DNA from: Thalassobaculaceae bacterium
Lineage (GTDB): Bacteria; Pseudomonadota; Alphaproteobacteria; Thalassobaculales; Thalassobaculaceae
Reading direction: 5' to 3'
Assembly (NCBI GenBank): GCA_965228875.1
Contig: OZ245843.1
Span: 310,001-374,000 of the forward strand
Length of the DNA: 64,000 bases
The position numbers and the translations under genes were made by a program. Below, piece by piece: positions 1-10,370 of the stretch. Numbering within the stretch: the first letter of the stretch is position 1; every line of letters begins with the position of its first letter. The notes under the pieces were generated by a model, which was not told the origin of the DNA, ran no database searches, and saw only the letters and a list, made by a program, of their open reading frames with translations.

Positions 1-2
1 AA

Positions 3-827
3 CCGCTGTACCTCCAACTCCTCTACTATTTCGAGCGCCTGCTGCAGGGCGATCTCGGCAAGTCGCTGTTTACCAGCCGGCCGGTGGTTGACGACCTCTT
101 CGCCCGGCTCCCGGCCACCCTGGAACTGACGGCGGTCGCCCTGGTGATTACCGTGCTGGTCGGCATTCCGGTCGGCGTGATTTCGGCACTGCACCGCAAT
201 TCCTGGCTGGACCAGGCGATCCGCTTCCTCACCGTCTCCGGATTCGCCATCGCCAGTTTCTGGTTGGCGATCATGTTGCAGCTCTATTTCGCCATGTATC
301 TCGACCTGCTGCCGCTCGGCCAGCGCATCGGCGTCGACGCCCCGCCTACGGTGACGGGATTTCTGCTGGTCGATTCCGTCATCGCCGGCGACGGCACCGC
401 GTTCTGGAGTGCCCTGCTGCATCTGATCCTGCCGGCCATGACCCTGGCCTTTCCGGTCACCGCCACCATCGTGCGCTTCACCCGGGCGGGTTACCTGGAT
501 GCCCTGGGCAAACCGTTCGTGGAGTACGAGAAGGCCATGGGCATGCCCCGCTCGCTGATCGTCTGGAAATACATCCTGCGCAACGCGCTGACCTCCACCA
601 TCACCCAGTTCGGTCTGGTGTCCGGCGTGCTGCTGGGCGGGTCGGTCGTGATCGAGCGGATCTTCGACTGGCCCGGGATCGGCATCTACACAGTCGATTC
701 CATTATCTTCTCCGACTACAACGCGATCATCGCGGTCACCCTGTGGGTCGCCATCATCTACGTCGTGGTCAATGTGATCGTCGATGCGCTGCACCGCCTC
801 GTCGATCCGCGCGACGTGATCGGCTGA
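3..827 (+). CDS. dppB: Peptide/nickel ABC transporter permease (DppB/OppB family), 5'-truncated by window edge
   Basis: Frame open from nt 3 (PLYLQLLYYFERLLQGDLGKS...). PATLEL motif, HLILPAMTLA, EAA-like loop and IERIFDWPGIG. Confidence 0.9.
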   Translation, partial: PLYLQLLYYFERLLQGDLGKSLFTSRPVVDDLFARLPATLELTAVALVITVLVGIPVGVISALHRNSWLDQAIRFLTVSGFAIASFWLAIMLQLYFAMYLDLLPLGQRIGVDAPPTVTGFLLVDSVIAGDGTAFWSALLHLILPAMTLAFPVTATIVRFTRAGYLDALGKPFVEYEKAMGMPRSLIVWKYILRNALTSTITQFGLVSGVLLGGSVVIERIFDWPGIGIYTVDSIIFSDYNAIIAVTLWVAIIYVVVNVIVDALHRLVDPRDVIG

Positions 828-839
828 GAGGGCGCGGCG

Positions 840-1751
840 ATGAAAGGTCTTCTGTTCGTCCTCGGCAAACTGCTTGAGGACCGGCTGGCGGCGATCGGCG
901 TCATCATCCTTTTCCTGCTGGTCCTGTGCGCGATTCTGGCGCCCTGGCTGGCGCCCTATCCGGACGATGTCTTCGACATCCATTTCGGTCAGCGCCTGGA
1001 GGCGCCGGGCTGGGAGCATCCGTTCGGCACGGACGCCAACGGCGCCGACATCCTGTCGCGCGTCCTGTTCGGCGCGCGAATCACCATCATGGTGGCGGTG
1101 ATCGCGGTCGGGGCGGCGATGATCGTCGGCGTGCCGCTCGGTCTGATCGCCGGGTTCAACGACGGCTGGGTCAGCCAGATCATCATGCGGATCGCCGAGA
1201 TATTCCTCGCCGTGCCGCAGGTCGTACTGGCAATCGCCATTGCCCAGGGACTCGGCCCCAGCCTGGAGAACGTGATCCTGGCGCTCTCCGTTACTTTCTG
1301 GCCGTGGTATACGCGGCTGGTCTACGCCGAGACCCTGTCGTTGCGCCGAGAGACGTTCATCGAAGCCTGCGACGCCCTGGGCGCCTCGCCGATGCGGGTG
1401 ATCGTGCTGCACGTTCTGCCGAACGTGGCATCGCCGATCATCGTGCGCACGACCCTGGGCATGGGTTTCACCATTCTGACCGCCGCCGCCCTCGGGTTCC
1501 TCGGCCTCGGTGCCCCGCCACCGACCCCGGAATGGGGCCGCATGATCGCGGAATCGCGGGAATACCTGCCGGAGGCTTGGTGGTTCGCCATGGCGCCCGG
1601 TCTCGCGATCTTCCTGGTCGTGCTCGGCTTCAATCTGGTCGGAGACGGCCTCCGCGACGTGCTCGACCCCCGCATCCGCCACGGTGCTTCGGCCAAGCCA
1701 GCAAAGGAAACCGCCAGACCGGCCGCTGCCGAGGAAGGAGCGGCGACATGA
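840..1751 (+). CDS. dppC: Peptide ABC transporter permease (DppC/OppC family)
   Basis: HPFGTDANGADILSR, EAA loop FIEACDALGAS, LGFLGLGAPPPTPEWG, GDGLRDVLDP. Confidence 0.92.
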   Translation: MKGLLFVLGKLLEDRLAAIGVIILFLLVLCAILAPWLAPYPDDVFDIHFGQRLEAPGWEHPFGTDANGADILSRVLFGARITIMVAVIAVGAAMIVGVPLGLIAGFNDGWVSQIIMRIAEIFLAVPQVVLAIAIAQGLGPSLENVILALSVTFWPWYTRLVYAETLSLRRETFIEACDALGASPMRVIVLHVLPNVASPIIVRTTLGMGFTILTAAALGFLGLGAPPPTPEWGRMIAESREYLPEAWWFAMAPGLAIFLVVLGFNLVGDGLRDVLDPRIRHGASAKPAKETARPAAAEEGAAT

Positions 1752-2830
1752 CCGACCCATTGCTTGAGGTCCGCGATCTGCGCGCCGTCTATCACACCGA
1801 GCGGGGCGTCGCCGAGGTGCTCGACCGGGTCAACCTGACCATCGGGCGCGGCGAGGTGGTCGGGCTGGTCGGCGAGAGCGGCTGTGGCAAGTCCACGTTG
1901 GGACGCTCGATCCTCGGCATTTTGCCGGAGCCGGCGGGCGAGATCGTCGGCGGCTCGATCCGTTTCGACGGGGCCGAGCTGTTGGAGATCGATCCGGATC
2001 TGGCCGGTGCGGAGATCCGGGGGCGGCGCATCACCTTCGTGCCGCAGGATCCGTTCGGTTCGTTCAATCCGCTGTTCACCGTGGGCGACCAGCTCATGGA
2101 TTTGATGAAGTTCAAGTCGCCGCGCCGGGCTCGAGTGCAGCGCCGCAACCTCGCCAGCCGCTGGCCCGCCCTGCTCACCGCCTATGATCCGGCCCGCAAG
2201 AAAGAGGATCGCGCCGCCGTCATCGACATGCTGCGCGAGGTCCAGATTCCGAGCCCGGAGCAGGTGATGCGCAAGTACCCGCACCAGCTCTCCGGCGGTC
2301 AGCGTCAGCGAGTGATGATCGCCATGGCCCTGCTGCCCGAACCAGAACTGATCGTGGCCGACGAGCCGACCACCGCCCTGGACGTCACGATCCAGGCCCA
2401 GGTTCTGCGGTTGCTGGCCGATCTGGTCCGCCGCCGTAATGTGTCGGTCCTGTTCACCACCCACGATCTCGGCACGGCCTCCGAAATCTGTGATCGGATT
2501 CTGGTGATGTATGCCGGACAGGAAGTGGAGGAGGCGCCGACCGACCGGTTCTTTGCCCGGCCGCGCCACCCCTACACGACCAAGCTGCTCGAGGCGCTGC
2601 CGAACGAGGAAGGCAGGCTGGTCGATATTCCGGGCAACATCCCGCGCCTGGTGGATCCGCCGCAGGGTTGCCGCTTCCACACCCGCTGCGAACGAGCCGA
2701 TGAGACCTGCCGGACCCGGCGGCCCCCGGCCGTTCTCGAGGAAGATGCTCATATGATCAGATGCTATCACCCGGTCGAGCGCTGGGCCGGAGCGCCGGAG
2801 GCCGGCCTGCACGGGAGGGTGGCGACATGA
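1748..2830 (+). CDS. dppD: Peptide ABC transporter ATP-binding subunit (DppD family)
   Basis: ATGA overlap with the upstream stop. Walker [29 protein letters not shown], and C-terminal HPYT...GCRFHTRC oligopeptide domain. Confidence 0.92.
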   Translation: MTDPLLEVRDLRAVYHTERGVAEVLDRVNLTIGRGEVVGLVGESGCGKSTLGRSILGILPEPAGEIVGGSIRFDGAELLEIDPDLAGAEIRGRRITFVPQDPFGSFNPLFTVGDQLMDLMKFKSPRRARVQRRNLASRWPALLTAYDPARKKEDRAAVIDMLREVQIPSPEQVMRKYPHQLSGGQRQRVMIAMALLPEPELIVADEPTTALDVTIQAQVLRLLADLVRRRNVSVLFTTHDLGTASEICDRILVMYAGQEVEEAPTDRFFARPRHPYTTKLLEALPNEEGRLVDIPGNIPRLVDPPQGCRFHTRCERADETCRTRRPPAVLEEDAHMIRCYHPVERWAGAPEAGLHGRVAT

Positions 2831-3801
2831 GCGAGCAGATGCTGCTGGAAACTGTCGGCCTGCACACGCACTTCGACGTGGTCGACCACAAGACGGGCCG
2901 CCATACGCCTTTGCGCGCCGTGGACGGCGTCGACCTGAAGATTCGCAAGGGCGAGATCCATGCTCTTGTGGGCGAAAGCGGCTGCGGAAAATCCACCCTC
3001 GGCAAGACGCTGATGGGGATGGTGCGGTCCACCGAGGGAGCCATCCTGTTCGACGGGGAGGACGTCGCTGGACTAAACCGGCGTCAACGCCGACCGATCC
3101 GTAAGCGACTGCAATATGTCTATCAGGATCCGGCCTCCTCCCTCGATCCGCGCTGGACGATCGGCCAGTCCCTGAGCGAACCGCTGGCCATCCACGACCG
3201 GATGGGACGCGCCGAGCGCGAGACCCTGGTCCGCACCACGATCCAGGAGGTCGGGCTGCGGGAGGAGCACCTGGACCTCTACCCGCACGAACTGTCCGGC
3301 GGCCAGCAGCGCCGGGTAGGGCTGGCCCGAATCCTAACCCTACGCCCAAAACTGGTGATACTGGACGAGCCGACCTCCGGCCTCGACGTGTCGGTGCAGG
3401 CTACCATCCTTAAACTGCTGCTCGACCTGCAGCAGAACTACGACCTGACTTACCTGTTCATCTCTCACGACCTCGGCGTCGTGCGGATGATCTGCGATCG
3501 GTTGTCCGTCATGTATCTCGGCCGGATGGTCGAAACCGGGGAGACGGGGAAGGTCTTCGCTAACCCCCAGCACCCTTATACCCGCTCCCTGCTCGCCGCT
3601 GCGCCGACCGCCGGCAAACGCCATGTGCTGAAGGACGCCTGGTTAGCCGGCGAGCCGCCGGACCCCATGCATCTGCCTTCCGGCTGCCGTTTCCGCAATC
3701 GGTGTCCGCTTACCAAGGCTCGCTGCGCGGAGGCGGAACCGGAGCTCGCGGCGCTTGGTCCCGGCCAATGGGCCGCCTGCCATTTTCCACCGTCGGCTTA
3801 G
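2827..3801 (+). CDS. dppF: Peptide ABC transporter ATP-binding subunit (DppF family)
   Basis: ATGA overlap at 2827-2830. RAVDGVDL, GESGCGKS, YPHELSGGQ, HPYT, GCRFRNRCP. Confidence 0.92.
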   Translation: MSEQMLLETVGLHTHFDVVDHKTGRHTPLRAVDGVDLKIRKGEIHALVGESGCGKSTLGKTLMGMVRSTEGAILFDGEDVAGLNRRQRRPIRKRLQYVYQDPASSLDPRWTIGQSLSEPLAIHDRMGRAERETLVRTTIQEVGLREEHLDLYPHELSGGQQRRVGLARILTLRPKLVILDEPTSGLDVSVQATILKLLLDLQQNYDLTYLFISHDLGVVRMICDRLSVMYLGRMVETGETGKVFANPQHPYTRSLLAAAPTAGKRHVLKDAWLAGEPPDPMHLPSGCRFRNRCPLTKARCAEAEPELAALGPGQWAACHFPPSA

Positions 3802-3969
3802 CAGCCGTCGACTGACCGAGGGCCCAAAAAACGTAGCCACGGCTGAGGGCTGCTTCGGGAGCACTCCACTCGAATTCGGGTTTACTTCGGCGACTTCAAG
3901 AAGTTTTCCCGCAGCTCGATCCTGAATGTGTGATGGAGTTGACGCCATCCGGCCGACAAGTCGATCCAC

Positions 3970-6516
3970 TCAACCGGAGAGCAAGCGGGCCAGCTGACCG
4001 CGACCGCGGGGCAGTGCGCCGGCACCTCCAGCGAGTCCGGCCGCAAGTGAGGTGAGCACCCCGAGTGTCAGGGGAAGGGCGATTGCGGCGAGGCCTGGGG
4101 CCCATTGGATGCGCAGCGCGCCGTCGGCGATCCACCAGCTGCCGAGCAGTCCGGCCGACCCACCGACGATGGCGGCGACCGCACCGGTGGCGGCGGTCTC
4201 GCACAGGCGTGAGAGCGCGATCTCGCGGCGGGTTGCGCCGACGACCGACAGCGCTACTGCCTCGCGCCGGCGCGCGTCGACATCGGCCGAGACGGTCGCG
4301 GCCAGCGAAAGGGAGCCCGCGAGCAGCAGGATGGCGGCGATCATCAGCGTGCCCAGAATGGCGCCTTCGACAAGCTGGGTGGCGTCGCGCACCAGGCCCT
4401 GCACGTCGATGACCGTGACATTGGGCGCCGTCCGTGACAGGTCGGCGACGAAGGCGTTCAGAGCATCGGCGTCGTGTCCCTGAAGCGAGACGATCCAGCC
4501 GTGCGGCGCGTCGCGGAACGGATTCGGGGAGGCGACGACCAGAAACTCCGGTCGCATCGTGCGGTGGTACTCCTTGCGGATGTTCGCGACTTCCGACGTG
4601 AAGACCCGGCCGAGGACGCTGTAGGTGAGCTGGTCGCCGGGCTTGAGGTCGAACGCCTGCATGACGTCCTCCTCCGCCGAGATCAGGGGCGGGCCGTCGT
4701 AGTGCGCCGGCCACCACTCCCCGGCGACGAGCTCCGCGCCGGTCGGTGCCGCCGTCCAGGAGAAGCTGCGATCGCCGTCGATGACCCAGTCCTTGTCCGG
4801 GTTGACCAACGCGTCCTCGACCGGCCTGCCGTTCACCTTGAGCAGCCGTGTCCGCATGAACGGTGTCGCCTGGAGCCCGCCAAGCGTGCTCGTCTCGGCG
4901 ACGCTGTCGCGTATCCACGCGACCTGTGGCGCCTGGACGTCGAGCAGGACCAGATCCGGGGCCTTCTGCGGGATCTGGGTCTCGAAGGCGGTCTGCAGGG
5001 AATGCTGGACTGCGACGACGCCGGTGATTCCGGCAACCCCGATGCCAAGCGCCACCGTTCGCAACATGACGGTCCGCGAAGAGTGAAAACCCTGCTTCAC
5101 GGCAAGCGACAGGAACCCGGCGGACCGCACCCGCCGGACACCGCGCGCGATCAGGTTGCCGGACAGGGCGAGAAGACCGGCGGATACGGCCAGACCGGCC
5201 GCGGCGACCACGGCCATGGTCGGGTTCGGGAGGCTGACGATCACGATGCTAAGGGATAGCGCCACAAGGACGGAGGCGATCACAACGTCGCGCCTTCCCG
5301 GGCCGGCCGGCGCTTCGTCGCCACGCATCGCTCTGAGCGGCGCCAGACGCGCGATGCCCGACAGTCCGGCGACCAGTGCTCCGGCAAGACCCAGGACCAT
5401 CGTTGCGGCGGTCAGCAGGATGTCCTGCATGAGGTCTCCCGGTGCCCACATCAGATGCAGGCGCGCGGTCAGCGTCTCGAGCAGAGCGGTCGCGACGACG
5501 GCAGAGATGCCAAGGCCAACGGTAACGGCGATCGTTCCGGCAACCGCGACGATCAGCGCATGCAGCGCGACGACGGTTGCGGTGGTGGCTCCGGACAACC
5601 GGTACAGGGCGATCGTGCGGTGCCGTCGGCCGATCCACAGGGCGACGGCGGCTCCGGCGCCGGTCAGACCGACGGCGAAGGCGGCCAGACCGGAGATGCC
5701 GAGGAAGGTGGTGGTCCGATTGGTGACCTCGCGGACCCGTTCGGCGGCGTCGTTCGGGCTCTGGATCTCCCAACCGCGCTCCGGTTCGACGGCGCGTACC
5801 GCGGCCATGGCGGTCTCGGCCTGCGCGCCGTCTGCGAATCGGATGCGGGTGCGGTGCTCGACCAGCGAGCCGCGTTCGGTCAGGCCGGTCGCTTCAAGGT
5901 GCGGCACACCGATCAGCACCCGGGGGCCGACTAGGAATGTTCCCGCCGACAGCCGGTCCGGTTCGCGCAGCAGCTGGTCCCGGATCACGAATTCCCGCTC
6001 GCCGATGCGGATGGTGTCGCCGATGTCGACGCCGAGTTGGGTCAGGAGACCCGGTTCGACCACGGCACCGGGGGCTCCCCCGGCTTGCGCCAGCAGCGCC
6101 TGCAGGTCGCGGCCGCTTCCAAGATCGACGGTTCCGTAGAGCGGATAGGCACCGTCGACCGCCTTCAGCTCCACGGTCATCCGGCGCGACTGGCTGGGCG
6201 GTCCGGCGACCGCGGTCGAGCGCAGTTCGACGACACTGGATGCGCGTCCGATGCGGTCCAGGGACGCGGCGGTGGCGTCGTCCAGCGGCGCATTCACCAC
6301 CGTCACCGCCACGTCGCCGCCCAGAATGCGTCTGGCGTTGTCGCCCATTGCGCCCGCGAGCCCGGCGCTGACCAGCCAGATCAGGCCGAGCATGGCGCTG
6401 GCGATCACGACACAGGCGATGAACAGGCGAAGGCCGAGGATCCCGAACCCGATCTCCGCCTTCAACAGATCGAACAGCACGCCGGCACCGGCGGTCCGTG
6501 GCTCGCGTACCGCCAT
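3970..6516 (-). CDS. YbbP-like FtsX-family ABC transporter permease
   Basis: Start MAVREP directly after the ATPase stop. ARRILGGDV, VELKAVDGAYPLYG, EPDR...GPRVLI, two FtsX-type TM clusters. Confidence 0.85.
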   Translation of the reverse strand: MAVREPRTAGAGVLFDLLKAEIGFGILGLRLFIACVVIASAMLGLIWLVSAGLAGAMGDNARRILGGDVAVTVVNAPLDDATAASLDRIGRASSVVELRSTAVAGPPSQSRRMTVELKAVDGAYPLYGTVDLGSGRDLQALLAQAGGAPGAVVEPGLLTQLGVDIGDTIRIGEREFVIRDQLLREPDRLSAGTFLVGPRVLIGVPHLEATGLTERGSLVEHRTRIRFADGAQAETAMAAVRAVEPERGWEIQSPNDAAERVREVTNRTTTFLGISGLAAFAVGLTGAGAAVALWIGRRHRTIALYRLSGATTATVVALHALIVAVAGTIAVTVGLGISAVVATALLETLTARLHLMWAPGDLMQDILLTAATMVLGLAGALVAGLSGIARLAPLRAMRGDEAPAGPGRRDVVIASVLVALSLSIVIVSLPNPTMAVVAAAGLAVSAGLLALSGNLIARGVRRVRSAGFLSLAVKQGFHSSRTVMLRTVALGIGVAGITGVVAVQHSLQTAFETQIPQKAPDLVLLDVQAPQVAWIRDSVAETSTLGGLQATPFMRTRLLKVNGRPVEDALVNPDKDWVIDGDRSFSWTAAPTGAELVAGEWWPAHYDGPPLISAEEDVMQAFDLKPGDQLTYSVLGRVFTSEVANIRKEYHRTMRPEFLVVASPNPFRDAPHGWIVSLQGHDADALNAFVADLSRTAPNVTVIDVQGLVRDATQLVEGAILGTLMIAAILLLAGSLSLAATVSADVDARRREAVALSVVGATRREIALSRLCETAATGAVAAIVGGSAGLLGSWWIADGALRIQWAPGLAAIALPLTLGVLTSLAAGLAGGAGALPRGRGQLARLLSG

Positions 6517-6517
6517 G

Positions 6518-7198
6518 TCAGGGCACCACCCGACCGTTCTCGATGACCAGGGTTCGGTCGCAGCGGGCGGCCAGTGCCGGATCGTGTGTGACCAGCAACA
6601 AGGTCGTGCCGGAACTGCGGGCCAGGTCGAACATGGTCGCGATGACCACCTCTCCGGTCTGCTGATCCAGGTTGCCGGTCGGCTCGTCCGCCAGAACCAG
6701 GCGGGGTGAGGCGACGAAGGCGCGGGCGATCGCGACGCGCTGCTGTTCGCCGCCGGACATGGCCGACGGCCGATGGTTGAGGCGGTGGCCGAGACCGACA
6801 CGCTCCAGCATCCTCGCCGCAGCTTCCGGTGCGCCGGGCTCGTCCGCCAGGGTCAGAGGCAGCGCCGCGTTCTGAAGCGCGGTCATCGACGGCACCAGGT
6901 GGTAGGCCTGGAAGACGATGCCGATGTCGCGTCGCCGCAGCAGCGTGCGGGCACGTTCGCTCTCGCCCGACATCTCGATGCCGAGGATCCGGGCTTCTCC
7001 GGCGGAGAGCGGTTCCAGACCGCCGATCACGGCGATCAGGGAGGACTTTCCGGAGCCGGACGGACCGGTCACGGCGACGATCTCGCCGGCGGCGATATCC
7101 AGGTCGATGCCGTTCAGCACCTGGATGTCGCCCTCCGGAGAGGGATAGGAGAGGCGGGCCTTGGAAAGCCGGACGATGGGAGCAGCAGTCAGATCCAT
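6518..7198 (-). CDS. YbbA/LolD-like ABC transporter ATP-binding protein
   Basis: [45 protein letters not shown]. Confidence 0.9.
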   Translation of the reverse strand: MDLTAAPIVRLSKARLSYPSPEGDIQVLNGIDLDIAAGEIVAVTGPSGSGKSSLIAVIGGLEPLSAGEARILGIEMSGESERARTLLRRRDIGIVFQAYHLVPSMTALQNAALPLTLADEPGAPEAAARMLERVGLGHRLNHRPSAMSGGEQQRVAIARAFVASPRLVLADEPTGNLDQQTGEVVIATMFDLARSSGTTLLLVTHDPALAARCDRTLVIENGRVVP

Positions 7199-7417
7199 GA
7201 AACTCGACAGGGCGGGTGTGAACAGGCCGGCAAGAAGGGCTCATTTAGAGGTAGGGCCGATGGTCGAAGATTAAACGTCTGCGGCGGCGGTCTTGCGCGG
7301 TGCGACCCGGCGCTGCTGGTCGTACCGATGAGCCTCGCCAACTCGCTCAATGTCTTCTTGGCGTTCCTGTGCTGCGGCGCGCCACCACTCGACCATCGAT
7401 CAGCCGGCCACGCCCGG

Positions 7418-8104
7418 TCACGGCCAAGCGGCGACAGCGTCCCATCCGAGTTCCCGCGCCTGCTCCTCGGCGCCTTCGATCCACTCGCGCACATACGCGT
7501 GCCCGAGGCACGCCTCTATGTAGGCGCTGGAGACCGGGTCGGTTGGCACGCTGTATGTCCGGAAGCGGCTCGCCATCGGCGCATACATGGCGTCGGCGAA
7601 GCAGAACCGGGCCCCGAACAGATAGGGCCCTCCGTCGCCCCATTCGGCGCGGGTGTCGCGCCAGAGCTGTTGAACGCGTTCGACCTGGCTGCGGACGCCG
7701 GGTTTGTCGAGCAGTTTCGTGTTCGAGGGGATGCCGTTCGCGATCGGCCAGCGCTTAACCAGGTTCATCTGCAGCGAATAGCGCAGTTCGAAGAAATGGC
7801 CGTGCATTTCGCCTGAGACCATGCGGGCTGCCGTCCGTGCGCGCCGATCGTGTGGCCAGATATCGCTGTCCGGCGCGATCTCCCAGAGATACTCGGCGAT
7901 TGCCCATGTATCGGTGATCCGCTGATCATCGTGGACGAGGAGCGGTATGCGCCCGGTGGGCGACACGGCGTCAAGCTTCTGCTTGCTGTCCTCGCGGGAC
8001 AGGAAGATGGTTTCTGTGTCGAACGCCAGCCCGGAGAGTTTGCAGGCGAGCCAGCCCCGCATCGTCCAACTGCTCGACCACTTGCCGCCGATATAGAGTT
8101 TCAA
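7418..8104 (-). CDS. Glutathione S-transferase family protein
   Basis: TTG start. KLYIG..SSWTMRGWL, SPTGRIPLL, DTWAIAEYL, EMHGHF..LR, GPYLFG..FADAMYAP. Confidence 0.88.
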   Translation of the reverse strand: MKLYIGGKWSSSWTMRGWLACKLSGLAFDTETIFLSREDSKQKLDAVSPTGRIPLLVHDDQRITDTWAIAEYLWEIAPDSDIWPHDRRARTAARMVSGEMHGHFFELRYSLQMNLVKRWPIANGIPSNTKLLDKPGVRSQVERVQQLWRDTRAEWGDGGPYLFGARFCFADAMYAPMASRFRTYSVPTDPVSSAYIEACLGHAYVREWIEGAEEQARELGWDAVAAWP

Positions 8105-8437
8105 ACCGAACGCCCCTTTTGTTGTGGTGCCCGAGGTGAGCCGGCAGTGTGTGCGACCGGTGCGACGGTCGGATCGCTTACTCGGCGCCCAGCGCCTGTA
8201 TTTGCAACGTGGCTATTTCCGACAGCACTGTCACAGGAAAACCGGCCGATCGGCGGGCGATATCGATGGTGGACCGGGTCCCCAGACCCTGGGACGACGC
8301 CACGCCGCCCAGTCGCTCAAACCGCCGTCCGCAATGTGTTCAACCGGCCATGACATCGCACCTGGCGTCGCCCTACACGCAAGGTCACCGATCAGCTGAC
8401 CCAACAAGGATCGGAACAACCTGTCGAGACTCCACAC

Positions 8438-9868
8438 CTAGTGGATTGGAAGGCTGAGCGGCGTCAACTGATCCGCGGTTCGGCCGAGGTAGTCACGCTC
8501 TGATGTCTTGGCCATCATCTCGACTTGAGCGGCCGACAAGGCTTCGCCCGCAGCCAGATGATCGAGTGTTTTCACGGTGCCGTTCTCGACCACCTGTTCG
8601 CCATTCACCCAGACCTCCGAGACGGCGCGGTCGGCGGCGTGAAAGATGAGAGACCGTAGCGGGTCGCGCGCCGGCATCATATCGGGGCAGCGCAGGTCCA
8701 CGCCGACGATGTCGGCTTTGCATCCTTCGGCGAGCCGTCCGATGTCATCGCGCATCAGCGCCTTTGCCCCACCGACGGTCGCGGCGTGGAACAGCATCGC
8801 CGTCGACACGTCATGGACATCTCTTCCAGAGATGCGGGCGAACGTCCCTGCCTTGCGGATCTCTTCAAGCATGTTGTGGGGGGTCGTGTCGGTGCCGAAT
8901 GCCATGTTCACGCCCGCTCGGACATAGGCGCCGAAACTCTCCAGAGTCTGTCCATATCGGGCGAAGGGTGTCGGGCAGTGGGCGACGGAACACTGGTTGT
9001 CGGCGAGGAGTGCGAGATCTTCGCGCGTCCACCAGTTGATCCACGAATGTCGATCCAGGAAGATCGCGTGCCCGAACACGCTGGTCGGCCCCATGATGCC
9101 GATATCGGCGGCGTGCTGGATCGGCGTGCGCCCATGCCGGCGGATCATCTCCTGAACTTCGAGAACGCCTTGGGCGACGTGCAGCGTGAAGGGAATGCCA
9201 CGGTCTTTGGCCGCCTCGTAGCTGTCGCGCAGCAGGTCATCGGTGCAGTTCTCAATCTGCATGGGCGACACGATGCCGGACAGCAGAGACGTCCCTTCGG
9301 AACCGAGCGAGTCGATGAAGGCCAAAGCTTCGTCCATCTTGCCGCGGCCGCCATCGGCACTCCAGTCGAAGCCGAGTGTATGATCGTTCTCGAGTTTCCA
9401 TCGGGCGGAAGCGTAGCCCGGCGCGAGGAACCCCCGGATCCCGGCCTTCTTGAAAATATCGGCCCATCCGTCGAAGACGGGCGAGATATCGCAAAGCGAC
9501 GTGACACCCGATTTGAGCAACTCGCACAGTGCTACTTCCAGGCTCGCGTGGCGCAGAGCGAGTGAACTCGTGTCGAAGGCGCCGGAGCGCTCGTAGAGGC
9601 CGGTCATGTACATGTTGGCGACGCCGTGTTCCTCGCGGATACCGCGATAGGCGGGTTCGTGCGAGGGGTGGGAGTGCACGTTGACCAGGCCGGGCATGAC
9701 GAGACGGTTTCGACCGTCGACCACGGTATCCGCTTGCCCCGTATAATTCTTGCCGACGAACGTGATCTCGCCGTCACGGAAGGCGATATCGGCGCTCTGA
9801 AGGTAGACGTGCTCGGTGCCGGTCCATGCCACCAGCCAATCGGCGTTCTTGATCACAGTTGTCGGCAA
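8438..9868 (-). CDS. Metal-dependent amidohydrolase (AtzA/SsnA/chlorohydrolase-like)
   Basis: Probable TTG start at 9868 behind a GGGGGAG RBS. MPGLVNVHSH (HxH), LHVAQ, GHAIF, GTD, ATVGGAKAL, G.KADIV. Confidence 0.85.
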   Translation of the reverse strand: MPTTVIKNADWLVAWTGTEHVYLQSADIAFRDGEITFVGKNYTGQADTVVDGRNRLVMPGLVNVHSHPSHEPAYRGIREEHGVANMYMTGLYERSGAFDTSSLALRHASLEVALCELLKSGVTSLCDISPVFDGWADIFKKAGIRGFLAPGYASARWKLENDHTLGFDWSADGGRGKMDEALAFIDSLGSEGTSLLSGIVSPMQIENCTDDLLRDSYEAAKDRGIPFTLHVAQGVLEVQEMIRRHGRTPIQHAADIGIMGPTSVFGHAIFLDRHSWINWWTREDLALLADNQCSVAHCPTPFARYGQTLESFGAYVRAGVNMAFGTDTTPHNMLEEIRKAGTFARISGRDVHDVSTAMLFHAATVGGAKALMRDDIGRLAEGCKADIVGVDLRCPDMMPARDPLRSLIFHAADRAVSEVWVNGEQVVENGTVKTLDHLAAGEALSAAQVEMMAKTSERDYLGRTADQLTPLSLPIH

Positions 9869-10370
9869 GACGATGTCTCCCCCGAATTCTACTCCTGACG
9901 CAGTCGCTCCAAGTTCACCAGGAGGCCATCTGCCTCCGAACGTCGGTAGCATCCGTTTGGCTGACCATGAGCGGTTCGCTCGATGACGGGATCACCTCAT
10001 GATCTCGACGGCAAGTGTGAATCCGCTCGCTGCTATTCTGTTAGACATCATCGAGACACAGCCGATCGGCGCGCACCTGAGGCTGTGATGTTCGGACGAA
10101 CTTGATCTCGTCCGCGCGGGTCCGCTTCGCGTCCAAAGCGGTGACTCAACGGTGCGGAAACATTGAACTGAACCTAGACCCTGATTTCGATCGTACGACC
10201 TTGACCAAATCCTGCCCCCGCAACCAAAGAAAACAATACGTTAGCCTCGCCAGCCGGCGAGGCTTTTTGAATCGTGGAAGCGCCACGGAAGCAGGCGAAG
10301 GCGTGGAGCGGACGCCAGTGCCTCTGTGTGCCTTCGTCGGAGAATTGGCGTCCCCGGCTGGAGCAGGTCT

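Noticed and set aside
2110..2215. About 20-aa basic insertion in the DppD ATPase
   Set aside because: It is in-frame, in a variable helical-subdomain loop, and all catalytic motifs are intact. Probably ordinary variation.
9953..10370. Small ORFs or IS remnant beside the HNH gene
   Set aside because: No RBS-supported ORF with a recognisable motif, and no terminal inverted repeats or target duplication were found by eye.
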